Source: Lophium mytilinum (taxonomy: Eukaryota). Taken from it: a stretch of 64,000 nucleotides of DNA. Positions 50,766 to 64,000 of the stretch are shown here, one piece after another (position 1 is the first letter of the stretch; the number at the start of each line of letters is the position of its first letter). A program made the translations under genes and the position numbers. Under the pieces are notes generated by a model. That model had not been told where the DNA came from. It worked only from the letters and a program-made list of their open reading frames with translations, and searched no databases. The stretch lies in NCBI GenBank assembly GCA_010093605.1, contig MU004181.1, positions 3,348,001 through 3,412,000 on the forward strand, read 5' to 3'.

Positions 50766-53667
50766 CTACATGGTCGCCCCAGCAGGCGTTGCACCATCAA
50801 CATCCAACATGGCGCCTTCTTCCGGGTTCTTGGGTTTTATCAATTTGATACTGACGTCCTTGTCTCGTGCGTACACCTTCAAACCAACCACACAGATAGC
50901 ATTCCAGGGGTTGGGGTTTGCGTCCGTAGCAGCAGCTGGCGCGGCCGGCTGTGGTGGCGGTGCAGCGTCTGCATCTGCGTACGCACCTGCATATGACCCA
51001 AATTCAGACATCGGTGGGCCGTCATACACAGACCCTGGTGGAGAGTGTGCTGGTGGTCCGCCACGGAAAGGAAGCGCAGAGGGAGGCTTGATAGTCTGCT
51101 GTTCGGAGACTTTGCTAGCAGCAGGCTTTGGAGAAGCTTCGGCGGCTGCGGGTTTCGCGGGTGTCTTCTTTTCTGATTTGGCAGACGCCTCGGCCTCTTG
51201 AGACGATTCTTCCGAGGCGTCATCGTCAGACTCTGGAGTCTCGGAATCTTCATCAGAAGAGCTCTCTGCCTTTTCCGGCTTCTCTTCATCTCCTTTGTGG
51301 TCGTCCTTCTCGACCACTTCCTGGGCTTCGGGCTTCTTAGACTCTGCCTCCTCTTTTAGAGAGACTTTTTTGGCCTTCTCATCTCCCTTCTTGGCCGCTT
51401 TTGCCGCTTTTGCCTCCTTTTCTGCTTTCGACTTCTTCCATTCCTCAAACTCTGCTTTATCCGCTGCCTCCTTGTCTTTCTCAGCCTTCTCTTTATCGGC
51501 TTTGTCCTTTGCCTTCTTCTCCTTAGCTGCCTTTTCTTCGTCGGTCAGCTCGACGATGCCCTTGGCATTTGCAATGTCATAATTCATCCCAATCTGCCGC
51601 AGCTTTTGTCCATTCTTCTCTGCAAAGTCTTTGACGATGTCCTGGACTTCTAGCTTAGTAAGATCGCGGCTGGCAGCAATTTTGGGGATGACTTCGTAGC
51701 GGCCAGGTTCCAAGTCGACTTCAGCGCTAACAGATCGGGTTCCGAACCAGTTACTTCTTGCACGTACGAGGTGCTCGCCTGCAGGTGCACCTTCTTCCTG
51801 AAGTAGGAAATGGAGCTCGAAGGTGTACTGGCCTTCGAGGCCTTTGAAGTAACGGTCGTCCAACTGAATAGAGTAAGTACGCGCGTTCTAATGGTGTCGA
51901 AGAATGGGTGCCAACCTGCGATAGCACAAATACAGTCGGGCCGCCCTGCTTGATCTCAACCAAGAACTTGGTGTTTAGATAGCCCGTAACCCATCCAATG
52001 CTCAGACTAGTCCATTGCTGCACCACAGTCCAGTCTTCGGAGAAGAGTCTGGTGCGGTCAAGAATGTCGAATCTGCTTCGTAGATCGTCGTAGGACATCC
52101 AGAACATCCCATCGTCACCGAACTGATAGTCGAGTTTCTTCATCCAGTAGGGTGTCCATTCTTTGGAGCCGTCACTCCATGGACCGTTCCACTCTCCGAC
52201 ACCAGTCCATGCACGGGCGCCCCATGGGTTCCTGCAAACCACAGCTTAGACTATCGAACGCATGACAGGGTTGAGGGGATCGCTTACCTGATCAACACAA
52301 GCCTCACTTTCTTTCCATTCTCATCCTCCTCTTCAATGGATTTGAGAATCGAATACGCATGGCTCAGCGCAAGACCTCGTCTCGACTCCGCATCTGATCC
52401 CAGACTAGGCGAGGAAGCAGCGAATATAAACTCCTTCTTCTCATTCAAAAGTTCTTTCCACAGCCTCTCCTTGCTGAGAATCTTGTTCGTGAAAATGGTG
52501 GTAGTAACTCCGCCAGTCATGTCCTCTTTGAACTGTCAGGAAGGCTGAACGCTGGACAACGATTGGGAGATGCTTAGACATACCAACAGCCTCACCAGAC
52601 CACCCGCCAGAAATGGCACCGAAATCGCCATGGACCTTTGCATATGCTTTCTCAAGGAGAGGAAGCCAAGTCTCATTGTCATCAGCACAATGGGCGAAGT
52701 AGAGCGCTTCGGATCCCGTCTGCTCGCTCTTCTTGTACTTCCTTTCCTTTTCTCCAGTCGGGTCGTAGATGTCGATGTGCGCATCGAAGTCACTATAGCG
52801 CAGGTAGAGGTTATCGTCGACGACAGTCGAGAACCACTCTCCGTCTGAGCAAGATTAGCAGCAAGTCCGGGACCTCGTCTATTCATGAGTTTGGCCACAA
52901 GTTTACCTCTGTGAAAAACGAAGCCATAGACGCCGCATTCTTCATCCCGTGCCACACATACCCGTTCCATCAAATGCTCCACACTGCACAAAGTCGCAAC
53001 CGCCGCAACCCACCAGCAATCGCCATTCCCACCTTGCCTAGAAACCGAATTAACTCCCGCACCTTTTTAGAACAAAACAGCAGAACACTCACCTAACATC
53101 CGAGCTCGAAAACCCATCAATCACAAACCGCGGCTCCTCATAAATCCAATCAATCCGATGCACCGCCTTCGGATCCGGCCCGTCCCTCCTACCCGTACCC
53201 ACATTCAGCACCTTACTAACAGCATTCACATCCACCGTCAACGCGCTCCCCACAATCCCGCTGTCCGCCAGCGTATTCAGCGCATTCCTCAAATCAACAC
53301 TATCCACGCTACTCAGCGTCCCGGGGGGCGGCGTATCCGCTCCGGTCTCAAGCAGCCCCTTCAGACACTGCCCGACGTTCAGGTCGTCCTCGATATCGAA
53401 CTCCGGGTCCGTAAACTTCTCATTGGTGCGGTGGCACTCGCGCACGATGCGCTTGACCTTGTTCCTGCACTCGGCGGCGGCGGCCTCGTAGCTCTCGGCT
53501 GCATTGATGCCTTTGGCGGGGCCTCTGGGCTTCAGCGGGGGGAGCAAGTTGGTGTATAGGCTGGGCGGGAAGATGTTGGTCACTTTGCCCGGGGTTTTGG
53601 TGAGTAGGCTCTCCCAGAAGTCTTCGAGAGAGGCTTGGGGGTCTTTTTTTTCCGAGTCGGAGGCCAT
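50766..53667 (-). CDS. Calpain-like cysteine protease (peptidase C2), multi-exon
   Basis: FTDPEFD; catalytic triad QGGNGDCWWVAA, HAYS, RNPWG; W..LLEKAYAKVHGD; EWNGPWSDGSKEW; DDGMFWMSY; K/E-rich tail. Confidence 0.93.
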
Positions 53668-56616
53668 GGTGGGCTGTGGAAAGTGTGCTCACGGTTTGGG
53701 AAGGGGAAAAGAGAGAATGGGGGGGTGGGAGAGGGGAGGGGTGAGAGCTTTCAGCTCGTGCACGAGGCTGTGTAGCTGTTTTATATGGTGATAGGGGGTC
53801 GTGATGACGGCTGTGGGGGCCAACACATCATTGGGTGCCCATTGGCTTACTGGCGTTAGAGCAGCTATGCTATGCTGTAGCCTGGGACTTGCATATGCAT
53901 ATCAATTGCTGACCACAGCTGGCACTAATTAAAGGAAGGAACGGCTGCCTTTAGCTGTCGCGCCGTAACTTCTCGTGCGGGGTGGTCAGTCTTCACCGGC
54001 AGTGGCTGACAGCTGAGCTTCTACCCCTGTCTTTCGGGAAGCCGAGCCGCACACACTCCAGACCGGGAGCGGAGTCGGGCCGTGCTATCTGGATCATCTT
54101 TCAGGATTGTGCTTCGACGCATCTCGATGGCCAGTCAACTCTCGAGATCTCGGCTATTGGTATCGAGATGCCTGAGCAGATCATTCGGTACTTGCGTGTC
54201 GGTATCTGTCGCAGATTGGCCAGACCGGGCTCTGCTTCCGCGAAGGAGACTTGGTATTGTGCCTGTCCTCAGCCGAGTCAGCCTCGTGCTCGGATGAATA
54301 ATCCCCAATGCACCGGGGTTGTATAGTTGAAGGTTACAAAATATAGATTGGTCTGCGATCGTATCAATTAAGGCTTACTACAAGAGTACTGACAAGATCC
54401 ATCGCGTTTTGGATCGAGGTATCAGTCAATATCTACTATCCTTGTTCTATACAAGGCGAGCCAGTCGTCAGTCAACGACGTCCTGTATGACTTATCTAGA
54501 CACCAGACTGTCAACAGCCACTTCAGCATGATAGTAAGTACCTGGAATTCTAATGACAAGCTTCAGAGAAAGCCATCTTCTTGACTCCGTTCTTGATTTG
54601 CAGACCTTGAACCGTCGTGTACTTTATTGATCTGTACATAGGTACTGTACATATGAGTCAGATGCGGTCTAGCGGAAGCTACTTGTCTGATGCGGCTTCT
54701 ATAGAAGCATGAAACTCGTCATAGACACAACATTCTCCATCTTAAGCCTTCCGTTTGCTAGTTCAGAGTTCCGCACATGTCTCGATGAAATTCTGCCAAA
54801 CTGCTTCGAGGACTAGCTATAGAGTTGTGTTGAATGGGACATATCAATCAATCAACAGCTCATATGTTAGACACTAAGTATCAGCATGGCCGAATGGGTA
54901 TCGGTGGTACACCTAACCCACTTATCATCTTGATATTCACCTACCCTCCAGATCTAGCATATTCGTCTCCTTCTGGTAAGGCAGACCTCAAAGCCACTAG
55001 ACCAAGGCATAGCGAGAAATGTACGCACGAAACTATCAATGGGGAGACCTAAATCTCACCACTGTACCCAGCTCTCATCTTGGACAATAGCCTTGTCGCC
55101 TACCAGGGAGATGCCTGATAGCACCAGGAGGGACGACAGAGGTAAGAATGGTCAGCGGACGCAGGTCGGGAAGTTTCCTTGAGGATCTCAGAATTGACTT
55201 ATCACTTTACGATGCAGCTGGCCTGCCATCACGCGGAGACGCCGTGGCTCGATCCAGAGCGCGCTGCAGCGGCGTTATCGTGCGATGCTGGGTCGTCTCC
55301 TGTTGCCTTCCGAGCCGTGCCCGCGCAAGGCAGGTTGCCGGGCTAGTCCTGAACCGGCGATCGACCACCCTTATGGAAGCGTGCTTGCGACTCTCGCCGA
55401 TGATGGCGTTGATGAGGGGTGGAAGATGGGGTGGTGGCATGAGGTGTTAAAAAGCGGAATGTATAGTGGTGCCCTGTTATACCCGTAGAGAGAAAGCATA
55501 TTACACTCCGGGCGATGACCGCGCATGCCTGTCGGGTGGCTGCAGCATCTAGCATCTTGCACCAACAGGAGTCGCACGGTAGATCTGGGCGTGGTAAAGT
55601 ACTGTGATATATGTTGTTGCCATGTCATTCGTCTCTACCTAGCTGTCACAAGTCGTGTTCCCACAAGAACAGAACCGCCCGTCGCACTAGCCAGAATGAA
55701 AATAGAGAGAGGTATCCATCAGCCTCCCGAAAACCATGACAAGGCCGAAAGAAAATAAGTATGCTGAACAGTACCCCTGAACAGTCCTTACATGTGGTAT
55801 CGAAGACAGCACCGTGCTGCGCCATAGTGTCCAACACGCCGATGGATCCAGTGCAAAGGGAGAATTAGGATTAGAAGGCGACAGAGACAGCCAGTCGCAC
55901 GATTAAGAGAGGCAGAAACAGGAGTCGTACAGCGGCCCTTTTGGGCAATAAGCCTGAAACAAGCAGGGCAGCCGACGAGGCCGCTGAGGCGAGAGCGGTG
56001 TGATGAGCGGACCAGACGGAAGATTCCCCGACGCCACCACCCAAAACCGTTCTAAAGCAGGACCAGGATTGCTTTTTGGGGCAGGCTAAGTGCGCAGGCG
56101 GTCGAATCGAGCATGTCGAGATAGCCGCTCCAGTAAGACGCCGAAAAACAGGACAGGGCACCGCGAAAAGGAACAAGGGACCGAGACGCCGTGCTACGCA
56201 GCCGAGCCGAAAGGACGAGAGACGCTGGACGAGGAAAGGAAGGCGAATTCGGGACGCGGATGTGACAATGGAAACGGGTAGAGAGACGGGTGCTTGGGGG
56301 TGCTTGGGTGTCGCAGAGCGGTTGTGGGCACGATGCCTGCCTGCGCTGCGTGTGTGCGATGGGCGGCGATCCGCCAACCGGGATTTGGGAGGCATCCCTG
56401 CGTCTGGCACGCAAGCTGCCGATCGTCGCAGTGAGGCCCGATCACCTGCCGTGCGCAGCGTCAGCGTTGCCTCGAAATAAAAGCGCGGACGGCGTGGTGG
56501 AGAGGACTCGGCGCTGCAGAAGCCGCCAAAAGCTGCCGCCACCTGCAGCCTCACCACGTGGCAGACGCGCTGCGAGAGGAGACAAGCGAGAGGACGTACC
56601 AGGCTGCATCTGCCAC

Positions 56617-56781
56617 CTACGCCTTGGTCGTGCACGGCCGGCACGTCTTGAGCTTGCAGTGCTTGCACTCGAAGATGTACCAGTGCGGGCCCGAGTGGCA
56701 CATGTTGCAGTTCCAGATGATCAGCGTCGTGTCCGACTTGATCATGGTGAAGGAGTGCTCGCAGCTGCCGGGGACTGCCAT
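56617..56781 (-). CDS. 54-aa Cys/His-rich putative zinc-binding microprotein
   Basis: GCAATGG start; MAVPGSCEHSFTMIKSDTTLIIWNCNMCHSGPHWYIFECKHCKLKTCRPCTTKA*. Strong C/G third-position bias. Plausible 5'UTR intron 56897..56831 (GTAGGC...GCTGAC...CAG). Confidence 0.8.
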   Translation of the reverse strand: MAVPGSCEHSFTMIKSDTTLIIWNCNMCHSGPHWYIFECKHCKLKTCRPCTTKA

Positions 56782-58037
56782 TGCTGCGCGGGTTTTGGTT
56801 GAAGAGGGAGCCGGGGCCAGGGGGAGGAGTCTGGAGAAGGTCAGCGAATGCCAATGGGGGCGCGCTGCATATGTATGCAGTAAACGGTGAGGCCTACGAT
56901 GCGGGAGCGTTGGACACGCGGTGTGAGGAGCAGGGCGTGGGATGTGTTTCAACTTGAGCTGACTTCCCGTGGCTGGTAAAAAGCAAAGTGAGCAACGACA
57001 GGGCGGATGAGTAAGTTCACGGCTGGACGGCTGGACGGCTGGTGACGGGCTCGAGGTGGAGATCTGAAGTGGATTGGAGGCTCTGGTGCGGCCTTGGTAG
57101 CGCGGATGGGCGTGTTCTTATATCTGGCTGGCTTCCATCACGTAGACGGTCGAGCAGCGGCCGCCTTGGAACACCTGCTGCCATCTCCACCACGCGTGCA
57201 ACTCCAGCAGCGCGCAGCCGTCGCCGCAGGTGCGATTCAGTCCATTCCTGTGATGAGACTGGCGAGAGGAGACGGGCGCCGTCCAAAGCGGACAGCGACA
57301 GGACCAAAGCAGCAATAGATACACGGTTCGTCCTACGCGGCAAGCTGATGGAATTTGACTCTGACAGGCTATATGTGAACATGCTCGACTCCTCACCACC
57401 GGCGCGCCAGAAGGGGGATGGCTGGCGCTTTCTGCTAGACTAGGGCTGGCTGTCCCGCTGCCGCGGCCATGGTAGTATTCCTGGGTCACTGATCCCTGTT
57501 GCAGCCTGAGAGAGGGTGTCCAGAGTCATGCTAGGCCGACTGACTAAACCGAGCTGTCTGGCAATTATATGGGCGCACTGCCGTTGCACGAACCAGACGA
57601 CGTCCTCACAGGGCGCGTGGGGTGCGGCGGGTGGACGTGTGATGAAGGAGCCGGCGAGATCGGTGAGATAAAGCAGCCCGGTCCTTGCAGAGCGAGGGAT
57701 GATGCCGTCGATGATGCCGTCGTCGATACCTCAGTATGCGTCGAGAGCCGGCGGAAAACGCTCCGTACGCCAGAGATGAAGCTACGAGAGGGCCATAAGA
57801 TGGCCAAGAGACATACACGCAGGGGCGTCCGGGAGACATCCAGGAGACAAGTGGAGACATGCAGGAAACATCCAGGAGATGATCCCGACCGAGCGACCCT
57901 TGGGTAGCGCGGCAGCCGGGCATCTGAGGCGGCTGTCAGAGGGGTGAAGGTTGGACGGAGGATTCGATCGCGCCCAGGGACCATCCAATAGGGGCATCCC
58001 CGCTCCCAGCAGAGCGGCCCTGGGATGTGGCTGAGCT

Positions 58038-58091
58038 GGGGGTGGGCATGGGGGCAGCAATTGGGGGGCACTTGGGGGGCACTTGGGGGCA
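58038..58091 (+). repeat. G-run cluster including about three copies of TTGGGGG(G)CAC
   Basis: Six runs of 3-6 G within 54 nt. Confidence 0.8.
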
Positions 58092-60920
58092 AGTCTTTGG
58101 ATTAAGGTTTGGGGGATCGCGGGCAGGCTGCCGGTCACTCTGGCCGCGATGCACACGACGTGCCTTCAAAAAGCACAAACTCGCCCAAGCTCACCACTCA
58201 CACGACGCCCTCACTACCCGACACCACCGCGTTTGTCGGCATCGTGCTGCCTGGCCCGGCTCGCCCGGGTCATCTCTGCTCTCACCAACCCCGATCCGGC
58301 GCGCTGCAGCACCAAGCCCTCTACTGCCGCTCCTCGCGCTGCCTGACTGCTGCGAACTGACGCCAATTCACCCTCCGATTGCTGCTTGCCTCTTCGAGCA
58401 AGCCGCGACGTTGCCCGCACTCGCCTCTGGTTGGTTGCCTCTGCTGACCGACTCTTGGACCGTCCGTGGTTTTCAACGCGCCTGCATTCCGTGTGCAGTT
58501 GTTCGTCTGGCAACCGTTCGGAACAAGACGCCTGCATCTTCGCGGCGTGTGCACCTCGCTCAACCCTGTGCTCCCTGATGCGCCGGGAGTCCGCGAGCCA
58601 GGTCGATCTGCCTTCAGCAACCCGGTTCAGCTGTGTGCGGTTGCATGGGCGCCTTCCACAGGCTCGTTCGCTAAAGCAACGACGTCGACATGAGGCCCGA
58701 CAGGGGCCCTGGCCTGCGACTCTCCCAGCTGCTTCCAGACGTCCCTTAACCTCAACTGGCCGGCGGCGCTGCTGTGGCTGCTGTGGCGTCCGGTTCGGCC
58801 ATCGTCGCCCGCGGTATCCTCGGCCGCGCGCAGGCGGGGCCATGCATATCAGTGCTTCGGAGAGATGCGAAATTCCTGCCGTCAACCTGTAGCTATTTCA
58901 GCATGGCATCCCAAGAGGTCGACGAGCTCGGCGTGAAGTCGACCTGCAGATCCAACGCGATGGCGTCCTGCAACCACGCTAAAAACTGACATATCGAGTA
59001 TCTCAAACACCGGAAGATGCTCACTTATCAGAAACAACTTGTCCGATGCTCAGCTTCCTAGACTTCTTGTGCGTACCGCGTCCTGAGCTGGTCTTCCCTG
59101 ACCCTCGTCCTTGCTCCCTTCCGCTCTCGCATCTCCACATTCCACGCATCGATCGCTTGTGCGCCGATGTGCAGTCACAGGGGTTTCTTTTCTTCATTGA
59201 GCACACCTGCGCAGGCCTTCGTCACTTCACTGCAGCTCTCCTGCCAAAGATAGCTCACCGCATATGCAGACCTCAGTCTCGGTCTTGCCGTATTCGTCAC
59301 CAAGGCTACTCGCCGTAGATACGAAGCGAAACAGGTGTTCCAATGAGCTCGAACGGCGTCTTCGATCACTCGAGGAGTGTGGTGAAGATGCGGTGAGACT
59401 GTTCCCCTTGGACTCGAACCTTGCGATGCACAAGATGTCCAAATCAGTGAGGTTGCTGCTTCTGTTTCACAAGATCGGGGTGCGCCTGTTTAGCAGCCCC
59501 ACTTATGCAAGATCAATGGTACGTACGACCCCGAAATCGGATCTCGTGGCGTTCCGGGCGCTGGGGGCGTCTCACGGAGCTTGCGTGCGTTGCACCAAAG
59601 GCAACGCTGGTCGGATGCCTCCACTCCCGCCTATCAATTTTGTTCCCAGCAAATCGGTCGCCTAGTCGGAGTAATCATAAGGAAAGATGAGTGAAATTTC
59701 GCATTGGCTAGCTAATTATTCCTCAAAGCATGCGAGCCGCCAATGCGCACGCCTTGGGTGTGATGAACATCATTGCAGTGCGTTTTCGTTGAGGAGTAAT
59801 CGCCGATTATTCTTAAACCGCCAACCCAGAAGCAACCAGAACATCCAAAGAAAAAATCTCCGGTATCCCCAAAATTCCGCCTCTGGACATTCTCAGACTG
59901 CGATAGGTACCTAGGTACCTAGGACGATGCTACGCCAGCATCCAACCATCTACATGTTCGTCAATGCATGTCATTATACCTCCGAATAATATCATTGTCG
60001 ACAAAGCGCCACCACCTCCAACAATGGAATATCGAAAGGCTGTGTACTACGTCCCGCAACAACGCAATTGAAAATCGGCCTCATGGGGCATACCCATAAC
60101 AGCCCAGCGGAGTACATGCAATGTATGCTGTGCGTGCCGTTTCCTGTCAAATCGCCATGCGCGACAACGCACAGCATGGACAGTTACAGGCGCTCGGCGA
60201 GCCTCCGATCGGGACGCGGCTGTCTGTGCCTTGGGAGGCGCGGCCTGCCAATTCCACCTGGAAGATCCCCACGCGCGGTGTGGGCTAGAGAGGAGTAACC
60301 CGGTTATCGGTATGCCGAAGATTGAGATGTGGAGTTGAGCCACTTGTTCCCTGTTGGGCGACTGTGTAAGGTGTGAGCTTGTTAAAAGGGTAATCTGCGT
60401 GCCGCTTCTTGACAACTTACTCTTTCATATCTTCACTCTTAGCGTTTTGGTCGCACTGTTGAGACTATATCTCCCCAATTTGCTTATGACCTTCAAGCCC
60501 ATTTACCCAAATGCTGGATGCGAGACCTTTTGAGCACGCGATTGCGGAGCGAGGCTAGCTACGGATGTCCATCCTGATGTCGTATTGCGCTCGCTCGGTG
60601 AGGAAATCGTCAGTCATTGCACCGATGACAGTTGTGGGTTGGTAATGTACTCTTTAGATTGTGTGATCATGAGGGAATTCTTTGGATGACCATCTTGATC
60701 TGATGAGGAGACGGTGGGCTGAGCGTGGGATAGCAACCCCGCCAAGGATTTCAAAGAAAAAAAAACAAGTTTCTGACAAACTCTATGCACCGTTTTTCGA
60801 AGCAGCACCGTCTGCTCAATCCCTGTCCATACCTTCTCGTAAAGCCTATGCGAGCCTAGCACTGAAGAGACCCTCAACTCATCTAATGAGACTTCCAAAA
60901 AACTCACCTCTCACACCCCT

Positions 60921-62772
60921 TCACAGCTCCTCCTCCCGATGCTCCACCCCCGGCTTCTCCACCACCCCTCCGCCATCCTTATCCAACACAATCTCCTCCC
61001 TATACACCGCCACCAAGTCCTCGTCCCCAAATAACCGCGCTACTTCCTCTAAGGAGCAATGCGTCGTATCCGGGAACCACGTCCACGCAATCCCCGCCCC
61101 GACAACCGCACAGCTCACAAACACCATATAGAACTTCCAGCCGATCTCGTCAAACGCCGTCGGCGCCACCTGCAGCCACAGGATATTAATTAGACAGTAC
61201 GCGCCTAGGCAGCACGTCACGCCTTTCGCGCGGAGGTGGGTTGGGAACAGCTCCGCCTTATCATAAAAATTAGCTTTCTAGACCTCTCCGGTCGAGTTTT
61301 TGAGTAGGGGGAAATCGAGGGAGGTGTCTTTCTTACCGCGTAGAAGTAGCCAACGCCGTCGAGGATAAACCCGTAGCACCAGACGTAGACGAAGATGAAG
61401 GCGACGGCAGCGGCGAGGCCGGATGCGTTGGTGGAGCCGAGGTAGGTGGCGGTTAGCGCGGCGACGATGGAGATGTTGACGGCGCAGACGAGCATGCCGG
61501 CGGCGAGGAGGGTTGGGCGCGCGAAGCGGTCGACGATGAAGATGGAGGCGATGACGGCGGAGAGGCCTTGGAGGATGTTGCCGGCTTGGAAGAGGAGGAC
61601 TTGCGAGGGGGAGAAGCCGAGGGATTTGAAGAGGATGGGGCCGTAGTCTGGGGGTTGGGATTAGTTGGATGTTGGGGTGGGACAAAAGGGGGAACGTACT
61701 AGCTATGGTAAGGGTGCCTGTGCAGTAGAGGAGGACGAGGATGGAGCTGGATATGTAGACGCGCTTTCTGTAGGAGGGGCGCCGCAGCATCCCTATCCAC
61801 GACGAGTCCAGCCGGCTGTCAATCTCAAGCTGCTTCTTCATTTGGTAGAACTCTACTGTGGCGAATTCGTGGTTCGGGTCGTCGCTGGAGGAGTGCATTT
61901 CCCGCACGATGTTCCAAGCCTCATCGATTTTGTCTTTGGTAAGGAGGTAGCGCGGGCTCTCTGGGATAAAAGGCATGATCGCGAGCGTAATCAGTGGGAA
62001 GAGGCAGCCCAACGCTAGAGGAGCGCGCCATTGGTTGCCGGATCCGCCGGTGTAGTAGTAGAAGCCTACTCCGACGTACGATGAAACGAGGTATCCTATG
62101 TTTATCATTGCTGCGTGGATGTTTGACAGTGCGCCGCGGTGGTAGGGCGGCACGAACTCAGTTATCCATAAGGGTATGGAGTTCATGAGCACGAGGTTTC
62201 TGGTACTTACGTTAGCTCAATTTTGGTACCTATACTGGAGGCCATGTATGAAGGCAGGATTGGCCTACCCGAAGCCATTAGTGAATCGGAATACAATGCT
62301 AGTTTATGTCAGTAAGGGCTGTAGGGTTCTAGCAGGAAGGTGACTGCATACAACATGGCGACATGCACCGAGCCAGCTTGCAAAGCAAGAGACAAGAGCA
62401 CTATCACGCAGGCGGTGGCGATGGCAATCCGTCGGCCAAAGCGGTCAGCATACCAGGCGTTGAAGACGCAACCAAAGAAACCGCCAGCGTAGAAGAGGGA
62501 GTTCATCGCTCCAATAATCTGAGATGCATTTTTGGCCGTTGCGAGACCCATGTACTCAAAGAACGAGGGTTGGCCTATTTTAGAATCAGCGATCAGACGC
62601 TCTAAGTGAGCAAAAGGTAGAGGGTGAGAGTACCAAGGGTGGTAGCAATGATGGCAGCCGCATAACCCAACGACAGGCTGCCAAACGAGACTCCAGTCAC
62701 TCTCCATACGGTGGATGCCTTGTAGTGACCGCGATGATCTTTACTGATATTAGTCTCGGCATTCGACTCCAT
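60921..62772 (-). CDS. MFS sugar porter family transporter, multi-exon
   Basis: ATG 62772; GYAAAIIATTLGQPSF, ADRFGRR, PLWITEFVPPYHRG, QWRAPLALG, PESPRYL, AELFPTHLRAKG, FPDTTHCSLEEVARLFGD. Confidence 0.93.
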
Positions 62773-63704
62773 GGTTGAGTAGATGCAGGAGTTGCTTCCC
62801 AGTGACCTGGTCGAGTGCTGCTGGTGGAGTACCGATTGGATCACAGGACTGTATAACTGCAGGTTCCAGATACTTGCATGCTTCTTGGGTGTCACTGGGG
62901 TATATTGATCGACTCGGAACGAGGCCCCGCATAGCTTAACAATGCCCCGGAATTCAGTTATCTGGGGTATGGGGGTTGATCTGACGATCTTCCTCTGATG
63001 GGGTATGGCGACAGTCGGCAATCACGGAAAACATCCTTGAAAGCCGCGATCCCGGAATACGGGGCTGCAGTCACTTCTGACATTATTGATTGGATGTTGG
63101 AGATAAACTCTTTAAGGAGATTATAGCGTGGTCAAGGCGCTCTCGGAAATTGAATGTGTGATGAACGTTACCTACACAATAGTCAACTGTAGGAAGAGAA
63201 CCATGGACTCAAAGTCCTATTGCAAACATGGAAGTGCAGATCGACAAATGAGAAGAGATATCTTGATATGATCGTATCCAGCACAAAGGAGATTTTGAAG
63301 CGAGTAATATATCGGGTCGGAAGCAGCATTCTACGATATGCTGTTACATATTCAGACGTGCCAGACTGATGATATCGAGGATTCGCCAACACTTCGAAGG
63401 TGTTCGCCGTATTAGCGAAAGACCCCTGGACCTTCTGCTTACAGACCTAGACGCAAACCTAGTGCCTGATTTCCGGTCTTCGGTCCTGGGTAGGGAGGCC
63501 TAAGTCGAATTATTGTCTAAACGATCGTACTTCACAGTATTCTCGTTCTTGAGTCCAGGCGCAGAAACTATCTGGTCTAATGGAAAGGCGCATCGCGCAA
63601 AAATGGGTTAGGCTCATGTTAAAATTCAGACTCTGAAGGCTTGCCCATGTCGGGAGATGGTGAAACTGCTTTGCGGTTTCTGGGAGCTACATGCTAGCGC
63701 CACT

Positions 63705-64000
63705 TCACCACAAAGAGAGTTGTAAGTAAATCGTATCGATCCTGGACGTATTAGAGAAGGGTGACACTAGGCAATGTCAAAACATACCATCGATCGAACT
63801 TATGGCCGACCCTTTTCAGATGGCCCATTTGCTCGAATCCAAACTTCTCGTAATACTCTTTAAGGCCAAGGCCATTTTTCCCACTCTGTTCGTCAACAGC
63901 CATACAGGCGATTAGGTTCCTAACTCGAGCGTCTTCGTCCCTTGCAACAGTAACGAAATCAGCGTGGTCCTCGGGATGCTTCATTACTTCGATCAGCTTT
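63705..64000 (-). CDS. GNAT N-acetyltransferase (phosphinothricin-acetyltransferase-like), C-terminal part
   Basis: ...NLIACMAVDE...GLKEYYEKFGFEQMGHLKRVGHKFDRW / intron / IDTIYLQLSLW*. The VGxKFxRWxD motif is typical. The 5' part lies beyond the window. Confidence 0.85.

Noticed and set aside
55871..56854. 327-aa minus-strand ORF overlapping the microprotein
   Set aside because: It is out of frame with the Cys-rich ORF, starts inside the predicted intron, and has the Arg/Ser/Pro/Ala composition of GC-rich non-coding sequence.
59904..59922. TAGGTACCTAGGTACCTAG palindromic repeat
   Set aside because: Short low-complexity motif common in fungal intergenic DNA.
57500..60400. Dense GC-rich ORFs on both strands
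   Set aside because: Expected by chance at this GC content. No domain or splice-consistent model.

Overview
Eukaryotic genomic DNA from a filamentous ascomycete (Pezizomycotina-type). It has short GT-AG introns with CTRAC/CTAAC branch sites and about 26 protein-coding genes. In order: Sec39 (partial), an RBR E3 ligase, a PTH11-like membrane protein, a YwbE/DUF2196-UBZ protein, a three-gene unit (DAL5-family MFS transporter, Zn2Cys6 regulator, M20 amidohydrolase), HUT1, an orphan protein with five ~58-aa tandem repeats, a 3xKH RNA-binding protein, a Zn alcohol dehydrogenase, Yippee/Moh1, a TPR-DnaJ co-chaperone, a hypothetical protein, a Pex24-family peroxin, a Pom1-like DYRK kinase, indoleamine 2,3-dioxygenase, a CsbD/HMP1-like stress protein, Pmp3, a CNOT11-like protein, a calpain, a 54-aa Cys-rich microprotein, a sugar porter and a GNAT acetyltransferase (partial). 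I saw no rRNA, tRNA, CRISPR array or intact transposon. The most notable items are: a ~208-bp near-perfect fold-back at 9572-9779; the transporter-TF-amidohydrolase mini-cluster; a CNOT11-like gene in a fungus; a stand-alone Zn-binding microprotein whose motif recurs, split by an insertion, in the RBR ligase; the repeat-expanded orphan protein; and repeated sharp A/C-rich to G/T-rich skew flips. All family assignments are motif recognition by eye, not database searches.
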